Shown: positions 48,901 to 57,268 of the stretch, one piece after another
Position numbering within the stretch: position 1 is the first letter of the stretch
Layout of the letters: every line of letters starts with the position of its first letter
Assembly: GCA_015069195.1 (NCBI GenBank)
Contig: SVJA01000005.1
Span: 10,860 to 74,859 of the forward strand
DNA length: 64,000 nucleotides
Origin: Oscillospiraceae bacterium
GTDB taxonomy: Bacteria > Bacillota > Clostridia > UBA1212
Direction: 5' to 3'
Position numbers and translations under genes: made by a program
Notes under the pieces: model-generated
What the model was told of the DNA's origin: nothing
The model's database searches: none
Seen by the model: the letters and a program-made list of their open reading frames with translations, nothing else

Positions 48901-48956
48901 CCTTTAAATGTAGGTAATAAATAAAATACATACGATACACGGAGGTTTATTAAGTT

Positions 48957-50057
48957 ATGGCTAATCAGAAAAAATATCGCGTAGGTGTTATCGGAGCAAC
49001 AGGTATGGTAGGACAGAGATTCCTCGTATTATTAGAGAATCACCCCTGGTTTGAAGTTGTTCTCCTCGCGGCAAGTGCCCGCTCTGCAGGCCACACATAT
49101 GAGGAAGCAGTAGGCGCTCGTTGGAAAATGACAACACCCCTCGCAGACAAATATAAAAATATGATACTCAAGGATGCAGAAGCAGACGCAGAAGCTATTG
49201 CATCAGAAGTAGACTTCGTATTCTGTGCGGTTGATATGAAGAAAGACGAGATAAAAGCTCTCGAAGAAAAATATGCAAAACTCGAGTGCCCCGTTATTTC
49301 AAACAACAGCGCACACCGTCTCACACCTGATGTTCCGATGATCGTTCCGGAGATAAATCCCGAGCACGCAGAGATCATCCCCTATCAGAAAAAGAGACTC
49401 GGCACAAAGAGAGGCTTTATCGCAGTTAAGTCAAACTGCTCACTCCAGAGCTACGTACCTGCTCTCCACCCGCTCAGAAAGTTCGGACTTAAGAGAGTTC
49501 TTGTATGTACATACCAGGCTATTTCAGGCGCCGGCAAGACTTTCGACACTTGGCCGGAGATGATTGACAATGTTATTCCGCTCATCGGCGGCGAAGAAGA
49601 AAAGTCGGAAGTTGAGCCGCTCAAGCTCTTCGGTAAAATCGAGAACGGTGTTATCGTTCCCGCTACAGAGCCCGGATTCACAGCACAGTGCATAAGAGTT
49701 CCTGTTTCAAACGGTCACCTTGGTGCAGTTTTTGCAGAATTTGAGCAGAAGCCCACAAACGAAGAGATTATCGAAATCTGGGATAACTATGTAGGACGCG
49801 CACAGGAGCTCAATCTCCCCTCCGCTCCCGAAAAGTTTATCAGATACTTCAGAGAAGAAAATCGTCCTCAGATAAAGCTCGACAGAGATAATGACAACGG
49901 TATGAGCGTTTCTATCGGACGTCTCAGAGAAGATACACAGTATGACATAAAGTTTGTATGTCTTTCACATAACACAATCAGAGGTGCTGCAGGCGGAGCT
50001 GTTCTTATGGCTGAGCTTCTCTGTGCAGAGGGCTACATTGAGCCTATCGCTCGCTGA
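48957..50057 (+). CDS. asd: Aspartate-semialdehyde dehydrogenase
   Basis: NAD motif VGVIGATGMVGQRF, active-site region KSNCSLQ, C-terminal HNTIRGAAGGAV. Confidence 0.94.
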   Translation: MANQKKYRVGVIGATGMVGQRFLVLLENHPWFEVVLLAASARSAGHTYEEAVGARWKMTTPLADKYKNMILKDAEADAEAIASEVDFVFCAVDMKKDEIKALEEKYAKLECPVISNNSAHRLTPDVPMIVPEINPEHAEIIPYQKKRLGTKRGFIAVKSNCSLQSYVPALHPLRKFGLKRVLVCTYQAISGAGKTFDTWPEMIDNVIPLIGGEEEKSEVEPLKLFGKIENGVIVPATEPGFTAQCIRVPVSNGHLGAVFAEFEQKPTNEEIIEIWDNYVGRAQELNLPSAPEKFIRYFREENRPQIKLDRDNDNGMSVSIGRLREDTQYDIKFVCLSHNTIRGAAGGAVLMAELLCAEGYIEPIAR

Positions 50058-50108
50058 TTGATTTTCTCTTGATATAAAAGCTCAAACGAAAGGAGTTTTG
50101 AGATTATT

Positions 50109-51014
50109 ATGAAAAATAAGATCTTTACAGGTGCCGGCGTAGCTATCGTCACACCTTTCAAAGAAAAAGACGGAAATCCCACAGGAGCCGTTGATTATGA
50201 CAGACTCGGCGAATTAATCGAAATGCAGATCACAGGCGGTACAGATGCCATTATCATTTGCGGTACCACCGGTGAAGCTTCCACAATGCCTGACGAGGAG
50301 CACTTAGCTGTTATTAAATACGCTATCGACAAAACAGCGAAGAGAATACCCGTTATCGCAGGTACAGGAAGTAATGATACTCACCATGCAGTAAAGCTCA
50401 GTATGGAGGCAGAGAGACTCGGAGCAGATGCTATTCTTTCTGTTACACCCTACTACAACAAAACTACACAAAAAGGTCTTGTTGCTCACTTTGAGGCTAT
50501 TGCAAACAGTATTTCCATTCCGGTTATTCTCTACAACGTACCCGGCAGAACAGGCGTAAACATTGAGCCTGCTACATACGAAAAGCTTTGCAAAATACCT
50601 AACATAAACGCTGTAAAAGAGTGTAATCTCGCTCAGATGCCCGAAACAGTAAAACGTTGCGGTGATGAGCTTTACATCTACACAGGCGAAGACGGTCAGG
50701 TGTTCTACCCCACAGCAGCAGGCGGTCTCGGAGTTATTTCCGTACTTTCAAATGTTGCTCCGAAGTATATGCATGATCTCGTCTGGACAATAAAGAACGG
50801 AAATATCGAAGAAGGTTGGAAAATGCAGCTCGGATGTCTCGATCTTGTTAAGGCTATGTTCTGCGAAGTAAACCCGATTCCCGTAAAAGAAGCTCTTAAT
50901 ATTCTCGGATACAATGTCGGCGGTTGCCGTTTGCCTCTCGTTGCTATGACTGACGAGCACAAAGCTTATCTTACAGATACACTTGCAGCATTCGGTTTTG
51001 ACGTAAAGAGATAA
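50109..51014 (+). CDS. dapA: 4-hydroxy-tetrahydrodipicolinate synthase
   Basis: GAGVAIVTPF, GTTGEASTM, YNVPGRTG. 301 aa. Confidence 0.94.
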   Translation: MKNKIFTGAGVAIVTPFKEKDGNPTGAVDYDRLGELIEMQITGGTDAIIICGTTGEASTMPDEEHLAVIKYAIDKTAKRIPVIAGTGSNDTHHAVKLSMEAERLGADAILSVTPYYNKTTQKGLVAHFEAIANSISIPVILYNVPGRTGVNIEPATYEKLCKIPNINAVKECNLAQMPETVKRCGDELYIYTGEDGQVFYPTAAGGLGVISVLSNVAPKYMHDLVWTIKNGNIEEGWKMQLGCLDLVKAMFCEVNPIPVKEALNILGYNVGGCRLPLVAMTDEHKAYLTDTLAAFGFDVKR

Positions 51015-51129
51015 TAAATTAAATATTAAGACACAATTTATTCAGGGCTTTTTGTTATTCTATATCAAGAAGTCCTGTTTTTTTAAAACAACTAACAAAT
51101 ACTCGCATTATGCAGAAAAGAGGATAAAA

Positions 51130-51885
51130 ATGGTAAACATACTTTTAAACGGTTGCAGCGGCAGAATGGGACAAGTCATTACAAAGCTTGTCAAAGATCG
51201 TGAAGATTGCAAAATTCTTTGCGGTGTAGATATACGCAAACCGGAAAGCAGCGACTACCCTGTTTTTACATCCGTTGATGAAATTCCGGCAGATATGAAA
51301 GCAGATGTTATCATCGACTTTTCACACCCCTCGGGTTTCAGAAAATTGGTTGATTACGCAAAAGATACAAAGACTCCGCTCGTAGCTGCTACTACAGGTA
51401 TCGCACAGACAGATATTGACTATTTCAAAGCACAAGCTTCCGAAATTGCCATATTCCACTCAGCAAACATGTCTCTCGGAATTTGTCTTTTGAAGGACCT
51501 CGTAAAAAAAGCGGCAGCATTCCTTGGCAGTGATTATGATATCGAAATCATCGAAAAGCATCACAACCAAAAGCTCGACGCGCCCAGCGGTACGGCACTT
51601 GCAATCGCAGACGCTATAAACGAAGCTGACAACAACAAGTACGAGTACACATACGACAGACATTCACGCTCTGCAAAGAGAAGCAAACACGAAATCGGTA
51701 TAAGCGCGGTCCGTGGCGGCAATATTGTAGGTGACCACGAAGTTCTCTTTATCGGCGGCAACGAAATTATCGAAATCACTCATAAAGCGGCAAGCCGTGA
51801 TGTATTCGCAGACGGCGCAGTAAAGGCGGCACTCTTTATCGCAGGTAAACCGGCAGGTTTCTACAACATGGAGAGCATGCTCTGA
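51130..51885 (+). CDS. dapB: 4-hydroxy-tetrahydrodipicolinate reductase
   Basis: MVNILLNGCSGRMGQ, EIIEKHHNQKLDAPSGTA, GGNIVGDHEV. ATG 51130; the ORF-track start 51052 adds an implausible leader. Confidence 0.92.
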   Translation: MVNILLNGCSGRMGQVITKLVKDREDCKILCGVDIRKPESSDYPVFTSVDEIPADMKADVIIDFSHPSGFRKLVDYAKDTKTPLVAATTGIAQTDIDYFKAQASEIAIFHSANMSLGICLLKDLVKKAAAFLGSDYDIEIIEKHHNQKLDAPSGTALAIADAINEADNNKYEYTYDRHSRSAKRSKHEIGISAVRGGNIVGDHEVLFIGGNEIIEITHKAASRDVFADGAVKAALFIAGKPAGFYNMESML

Positions 51886-51912
51886 TATAAAACTACACAG
51901 GAGGCGTATAAA

Positions 51913-53853
51913 ATGGATTCCACAAAAGGGAGCGTTTCCATTAACGCAGAAAATATTTTCCCTATCATAAAAAAATGGCTCTACTCTGAAAAAGATATTT
52001 TCATCAGAGAAATCGTTTCAAATGCAAGCGATGCCATCAGCAAAATGAAAAAGCTCACCGCAGTAGGCGAAGCTACAATTCCCGAGGGTACTGACGATTG
52101 GAAAATTGAAGTTATTCTCGACAAAGAAAACGGCACTATCACCGTTCACGACAACGGTATCGGTATGACCGAAGAAGAAGTAAAAAAATATATAAATCAG
52201 GTGGCATTTTCAGGCGCAGTTGACTTCCTCGAAAAGTACGAAGGCAAAACAGACGATGCCCAGATAATCGGTCACTTCGGTCTTGGTTTCTACTCTTCTT
52301 TCATGGTTTCCAAAAAGGTTGAAATCGATACTCTTTCTTGGGCACCCGGCAGCAAAGCGGTTCACTGGGAAAGCGAAAGCGGTATGGAATTTGAAATGTC
52401 CGCATCCGACCTTGACGAGCGAGGAACATATATCACTATGCACATCGCAGAAGACAGCGTCGAATACCTTGACAGTTTCAAACTTCGCGATACTCTCGAA
52501 AAATACTTTGCATTCTTGCCGGTAAACCTTTTCTTTATCGACATTGCAGATGAAAAGGAAGAAGAAAAGAAAGACGAAGTTATCGATGTTGACGAAGAAG
52601 GAAACACAGAAAGTACCGAAGAAAAGAAGGACGATGCTCCAAAGGCACTTAATGACACTTCTCCGCTCTGGCTCAAACCTGCAAAAGATTGCACAGAAGA
52701 AGAATACAAAGAGTTCTATCACAAAGTATTTAATGACTACAACGATCCGCTCTTTTGGATTCACTTGAATGTTGACTATCCGTTCAACTTAAAAGGTATT
52801 CTCTACTTCCCGAAACTCAAAAACAATTACGACACATTGGAAGGTACAATCAAGGTTTACTACAATCAGGTATTCGTTGCAGACAATGTAAAGGAAATTC
52901 TCCCCGAATTCCTTATGCTCTTAAAAGGCGTAATCGACTGCCCCGACCTGCCTTTAAATGTTTCAAGAAGTTTCTTGCAGAATGACGGCTATGTAAATAA
53001 GATTTCATCTCACATCACAAAGAAAGTTGCAGACAAGCTCAACGGTCTTTTCAAAACCGAAAGAGAACAGTATTGCACTTATTGGGATGATATCAATCCT
53101 TTCGTGAAGTACGGCTGTCTCAAAGAGGACAAGTTCTATGACAAGGTAAAAGATTCTTTGATTTACAAGACAACCAAGGGTGAATATTTCACTTGCGACG
53201 AATATCTTGAAAAGTATCAGCCGGACGCTGAAAACAAAACTATCAGTTACAGCGACGACACAACTCTGCAGGCACAGTACATCAAGATTTTAGAAGCTAC
53301 AGGCATCGATCCTGTCATTTTGGACGGCCCGATCGACTCACACTTCATCCAGCTCGCAGAATACAAAAATGCAGGCAAATTTAAGTTCACACGAGTTGAT
53401 GCAGATGTATCCGACAAAATCAAAGACGAAAGCAGCAAAGAATCAAAAGAAGCTATGACGGCTCTTGCCGAAAGCGTTACTGCCACATTCCGGGCAGTTG
53501 CCGAAAGCGAAAACCTCAAAGTTTCCGTAGAACCCATCAAAACAAAGATGCCTGCAATGATCATCCTTTCCGAACAGGCAAGACGCATGCAGGAACTTGC
53601 TAAAATGTACGGCATGACCGACATGGCAAAAATGGGACTCGGTGCAGACGACATAACACTCGTCCTCAACTACTCAAACCCCATTGTAAAGCAACTCGCA
53701 ACTCTCAAAGAGACCGACGAAGAAAAACTCAAAGTAGTTTGCGGTCAGATTTACGACCTTGCAATGCTTGCACACAAGCCGCTTGATACAGAAGTACTCA
53801 CACGCTTTATCGAGCGTTCAGGCGATATATTGGCGAAGTTTGCTGAAGATTGA
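51913..53853 (+). CDS. htpG: Molecular chaperone HtpG (Hsp90)
   Basis: GHKL ATPase motifs REIVSNASDA, DNGIGMT, GHFGLGFYS. Charged linker, 646 aa. GGAGG RBS. Confidence 0.95.
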   Translation: MDSTKGSVSINAENIFPIIKKWLYSEKDIFIREIVSNASDAISKMKKLTAVGEATIPEGTDDWKIEVILDKENGTITVHDNGIGMTEEEVKKYINQVAFSGAVDFLEKYEGKTDDAQIIGHFGLGFYSSFMVSKKVEIDTLSWAPGSKAVHWESESGMEFEMSASDLDERGTYITMHIAEDSVEYLDSFKLRDTLEKYFAFLPVNLFFIDIADEKEEEKKDEVIDVDEEGNTESTEEKKDDAPKALNDTSPLWLKPAKDCTEEEYKEFYHKVFNDYNDPLFWIHLNVDYPFNLKGILYFPKLKNNYDTLEGTIKVYYNQVFVADNVKEILPEFLMLLKGVIDCPDLPLNVSRSFLQNDGYVNKISSHITKKVADKLNGLFKTEREQYCTYWDDINPFVKYGCLKEDKFYDKVKDSLIYKTTKGEYFTCDEYLEKYQPDAENKTISYSDDTTLQAQYIKILEATGIDPVILDGPIDSHFIQLAEYKNAGKFKFTRVDADVSDKIKDESSKESKEAMTALAESVTATFRAVAESENLKVSVEPIKTKMPAMIILSEQARRMQELAKMYGMTDMAKMGLGADDITLVLNYSNPIVKQLATLKETDEEKLKVVCGQIYDLAMLAHKPLDTEVLTRFIERSGDILAKFAED

Positions 53854-53980
53854 GTTTACTACAAGCAATAGCAGTGATGCACACGAGTTGTCTCCGCTCG
53901 ATAGTTTTGGGGAGAACGCTCGTTTAACTGCAGCACAGGCTGCTATTAAAGAATCTAAGCAATTAGATTTATGAGAAAAC

Positions 53981-54011
53981 TATCCGCACGAAGCAATTCG
54001 GGCGGATTTTT
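53981..54011 (+). terminator. Terminator after htpG
   Basis: ATCCGCACGAA / GCAA / TTCGGGCGGAT with one mismatch, followed by TTTTT. Confidence 0.65.
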
Positions 54012-54074
54012 GTGTCTATTGCAATTATTATGATTTTATGCTGTAATATCATTATAAAGGAGGAGGAAAAAGTG

Positions 54075-54500
54075 ATGAAAAGAATTTTAACTTTCATTTT
54101 GTGCGGAATAATGTCGCTTTGTTTCGCCGCTTGTAACGGAGGAGACACCAACAAAACCTACGACAAACTGTTTGACACATATCCCTCCGTTTTTGTTACT
54201 GAAAATATTACAAGCATCACTTTTTATGCCTATTACGGCGAAGGCAAAGGAAGCAAAGTTCCTACGGAGAATATGACCGAAATAATAAATTGGTTGGATT
54301 CCTTTACGATTGATAGAGTGGCCACTGATGAAGATATATTAGATGGCACTAATACTCGTTTCGTAGAAATTGAATATTCAGACGGAACCATAATAAAAGA
54401 GGGATTAGATATAATTAATATTGACGGAACCAGATATCTTTTAAAAAAAGAGCCATATCCTGATTGCTTTACGAAAATAATTTCTAAAACAACGTTGTAA
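54075..54500 (+). CDS. Small hypothetical lipoprotein
   Basis: MKRILTFILCGIMSLCFAACNGG has a signal peptide with a lipobox. ATG 54075 follows AGGAGGA. Confidence 0.65.
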   Translation: MKRILTFILCGIMSLCFAACNGGDTNKTYDKLFDTYPSVFVTENITSITFYAYYGEGKGSKVPTENMTEIINWLDSFTIDRVATDEDILDGTNTRFVEIEYSDGTIIKEGLDIINIDGTRYLLKKEPYPDCFTKIISKTTL

Positions 54501-54520
54501 ATAATTAATGTGACTTTCCC

Positions 54521-54601
54521 TCTTTCTTTGATAGTAGCACAAACTTCTATCAAAGAAAGTAAGTAAAAATTCCTCTGCCGAAGCTTCGGCAGAGGAATTT
54601 T
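54521..54601 (+). terminator. Two hairpins after the lipoprotein gene (the second is a bidirectional terminator)
   Basis: CTTTCTTTGATAG (54521-54533) pairs with CTATCAAAGAAAG (54547-54559). AAAAATTCCTCTGCCGAAG (54564-54582) pairs with CTTCGGCAGAGGAATTTTT (54583-54601). Confidence 0.7.
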
Positions 54602-54611
54602 TGTATATTTA

Positions 54612-54648
54612 GATAAAAAATATCCCCGAGAGGCAAAGCTCTCGGGGA
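54612..54648 (-). terminator. Terminator after glnA
   Basis: ATCCCCGAGAG (54621-54631) pairs with CTCTCGGGGAT (54638-54648). The minus-strand RNA continues AUUUUUUAUC. Confidence 0.8.
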
Positions 54649-54665
54649 TACCGAAAAAATCTTTA

Positions 54666-56090
54666 TTAAAGATTAAAATACTTATCAAACTCAGCAGGAT
54701 GAGGAATCTTGGAAAGTTCCATACACTCTGCACGCTTCCTTGCGATGAAGTTCTTGAGCAAGTGCTCAGGGAATACACCGCCTGCTGTGAGGTAATCATG
54801 GTCAGCTTCGAGAGCATCGAGAGCCTCCGGAAGTGATGTAGGAAGACCTTTGAGTTTTGCTTTCTCCTCTTCAGGCAAATTGTAGAGGTTCATATCGTAA
54901 GGACCCCAACCTTCTGCATGAGGATCGATTTTGTTCTTTATACCGTCAAGACCTGCCATAAGGAGAGCCGCATAGCAGAAGTACGGGTTACATGTAGCAT
55001 CCGGGTTACGGAGCTCGAAACGACGCATCTTAGGAGTCTTTGCGTAAGCAGGGATTCTGATAACGGCACTTCTGTTTGATGTAGCGTAACCTACTGTAAC
55101 AGGAGCCTCAAAGCCCGGAACAAGACGTTTGAATGAGTTTGTGCTGGGGTTTGTCAAAGCACAAAGTGAAGCGATGTGTTTGAGCAATCCGCCCATGAAG
55201 TAGTGAGCTGTTTCGCTGAGGTGTGAATAACCGTTGTCATCAGAGAATACAGGCTCGCCGTCCTTCAAAAGAAGCATATGAACGTGCATACCGTTACCTG
55301 CTTCGCCATATACCGGCTTCGGCATAAATGTAGCAGCTTTGCCGTACTTAAGAGCTGTGTTGTGGATAACATATTTAATCATCATTGTGTTGTCAGCCAT
55401 TTTTGACATCTGACCGAGCATAGGCTCAATCTCGAACTGTCCTGCTGCACCAACCTCGGGGTGATGATACTTAATCTCGATACCCATCTTTTCAAGCTCA
55501 AGGCACATCTCTGAACGGCACTCATATGAAGTATCGAGAGGCTTTGCAACGTGGTAAGCCTTCTGGTGAGGAACGATACGTCCCATACCTTCGATATCGC
55601 TGTTCCAATAAGCCTGCTTTGCGTCAACTGACATAGCAATCTCTTCGGGACGAACTGTCCATGCTACATCGTCAAAAAGGTGGAACTCAAATTCAGGAAG
55701 AATAAGCATTGTGTCTGCTACGCCTGAATCTTTCATATACTGCTCTGCTGCAGCAACGATATTTCTCGGATACTGGTCAAGCGGACGGTTCTCCGGATAG
55801 TCGATAACCATCGCATTACCTGTGATAGAAAGTGTCTTTATTTCACAGAAAGGATCAATGATCGCTGTTTCGAGGTCAGGGATAAACACCATGTCACTCT
55901 TCTCAACTACTGCGTAGCCGTAGTTAGAAGCGTCAAAACCGATACCTTCCTTTACAGTATTTTCTGAAAACTGTGCAGCCGGAATAGTTACGTGACGGAA
56001 CTGTCCGTTGATATCAACAATCTTAAAGTCGATCATCTTGACATCATTTTCTTTAATAAAGCTCATAAGCTCTGCTGCTGTCTTTGCCAT
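54666..56090 (-). CDS. glnA: Glutamine synthetase, type I
   Basis: 474 aa. GS beta-grasp N-domain, catalytic blocks GAAGQFEI, KPVYGEAGNGMHVHM, NPSTNSFKRLVPGFEAP, SNRSAVIRIP. Confidence 0.94.
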   Translation of the reverse strand: MAKTAAELMSFIKENDVKMIDFKIVDINGQFRHVTIPAAQFSENTVKEGIGFDASNYGYAVVEKSDMVFIPDLETAIIDPFCEIKTLSITGNAMVIDYPENRPLDQYPRNIVAAAEQYMKDSGVADTMLILPEFEFHLFDDVAWTVRPEEIAMSVDAKQAYWNSDIEGMGRIVPHQKAYHVAKPLDTSYECRSEMCLELEKMGIEIKYHHPEVGAAGQFEIEPMLGQMSKMADNTMMIKYVIHNTALKYGKAATFMPKPVYGEAGNGMHVHMLLLKDGEPVFSDDNGYSHLSETAHYFMGGLLKHIASLCALTNPSTNSFKRLVPGFEAPVTVGYATSNRSAVIRIPAYAKTPKMRRFELRNPDATCNPYFCYAALLMAGLDGIKNKIDPHAEGWGPYDMNLYNLPEEEKAKLKGLPTSLPEALDALEADHDYLTAGGVFPEHLLKNFIARKRAECMELSKIPHPAEFDKYFNL

Positions 56091-56164
56091 AAAAAATTAC
56101 CTCCGATATTATAGAGTTTTTGTATACATAAATTTTACATAAATAACATAAAATTCAATTTTAT

Positions 56165-56192
56165 ATTATACAACAAAACGCAATGATTTCAA
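56165..56192 (-). promoter_or_regulatory. Promoter of glnA
   Basis: Minus strand: TTGAAA (RC of 56187-56192), 16-nt spacer, TATAAT (RC of 56165-56170). Confidence 0.6.
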
Positions 56193-56266
56193 GAAAAAAC
56201 TGCAATAATCCGCAACTTTTTTACAAGCTTGTTCTAACCGAAATTGATAGTAAATATACATAAAAC

Positions 56267-57151
56267 ATGTCCGTTGCCGCAAGTTCAACAGGCAAACAAG
56301 ATTTTCAAAGGAATGATTGGCTTATGACCGGTGGATTTCAAAACAAATATTACTTTTTCAAAGAAACCGAGCACCAGGGAGAACGACTCACAAAGAATTC
56401 GCCCGGCTACATATCATTCTGGGAAAGCACCGGAATACTCAAAATTAACATTCTGCTCGAAAACATCACCGGCAACCTGCCGATCTGCCGTACATTTTTA
56501 GAAGGTGGAAATAACCGTATGAAAATCGCAGAATTCACATTAAAAAAGAACAATAAAAACTCAACTTACGGCATTTCATTGAGTTTCAAAACAAAACTTC
56601 CCGATGGGCTTTCAATAAGTGACTTCGACACCGCATACATCTGTATTGAAACAAACGAAAGCACCACTTCACTCTTTGAAACCCACTCTCAAATGCCTTG
56701 TAAAAAAGTTCAGGAAGAAAAAGCACAGACTCGTGAAGAACACGCAAAAAAACATGAAACACCGGATGCCGTTTTTTCCGATTTGAAATGTTTTGACCCA
56801 TTCGAAACCACCAACCACTCTTACAAATGGTGGCTATGCGAAAACTATACAAGGGTTTGCGACACGCTTCACAAAATGGATATTCATTTACCTACCTATG
56901 TTGCAAAAACATTATACGCAAATATGCAATTTTATAAACATGCAATCCTCGGTAAGTATACAAGCATCGAAGATCGTTGTTTTATCATCGTAGGAATTCC
57001 GGTGCAGGAATTACCTCGCATAAACAATCCGCAAAGTCCTGCCCGCCCTATGGCTTGCCGCAGGTTTATCAACAACAGCGGTTACAAAGGATACCTATTA
57101 TTTTATATCGATTATGCAACAACCGCTCTTGTAAAAGCGGTTGTTGTATGA
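56267..57151 (+). CDS. Hypothetical protein (start uncertain)
   Basis: 294-aa ORF. ATG 56267 has no RBS. In-frame ATG 56324 follows AAGGAA and ATG 56516 follows AGGTGG. No TM helix, no recognisable family. Confidence 0.45.
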   Translation: MSVAASSTGKQDFQRNDWLMTGGFQNKYYFFKETEHQGERLTKNSPGYISFWESTGILKINILLENITGNLPICRTFLEGGNNRMKIAEFTLKKNNKNSTYGISLSFKTKLPDGLSISDFDTAYICIETNESTTSLFETHSQMPCKKVQEEKAQTREEHAKKHETPDAVFSDLKCFDPFETTNHSYKWWLCENYTRVCDTLHKMDIHLPTYVAKTLYANMQFYKHAILGKYTSIEDRCFIIVGIPVQELPRINNPQSPARPMACRRFINNSGYKGYLLFYIDYATTALVKAVVV

Positions 57152-57192
57152 ACTGAAACGCCCCTATCGCACGCGGCAGGAGGCTAATCGTT

Positions 57193-57268
57193 AACTTTTC
57201 AATATGTTTTCAACAGTAAAATATCAACTTTTCAACAAAAATCCCCTATCAAAATGGCAACTTTTCAA
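57193..57268. repeat. Three AACTTTTCAA direct repeats phased at exactly 33 bp
   Basis: Copies at 57193-57202, 57226-57235 and 57259-57268. The third overlaps the hemZ-like stop codon. Confidence 0.85.

Noticed and set aside
48808-48956. Lysine riboswitch (L-box) upstream of asd-dapA-dapB.
   Set aside because: The predicted promoter leaves only a ~50-nt 5' UTR. That is far too short for an L-box, and no conserved L-box helices are visible.
53867-53947. Nested helices in the htpG 3' UTR (AATAGCAG/CTGCTATT, ACGAG/CTCGT, TCTCC/GGAGA) that suggest a structured RNA before the terminator.
   Set aside because: The helices are only 5-8 bp and alternative pairings exist. There is no covariation evidence. 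It could be chance in an 80-nt stretch.
56120-56140. GlnR/TnrA box in the glnA leader (TGTATACATAAATTTTACA).
   Set aside because: The outer TGT and ACA are 13 nt apart instead of the 11 nt required by TGTNA-N7-TNACA. Only the looser repeat observation is kept.
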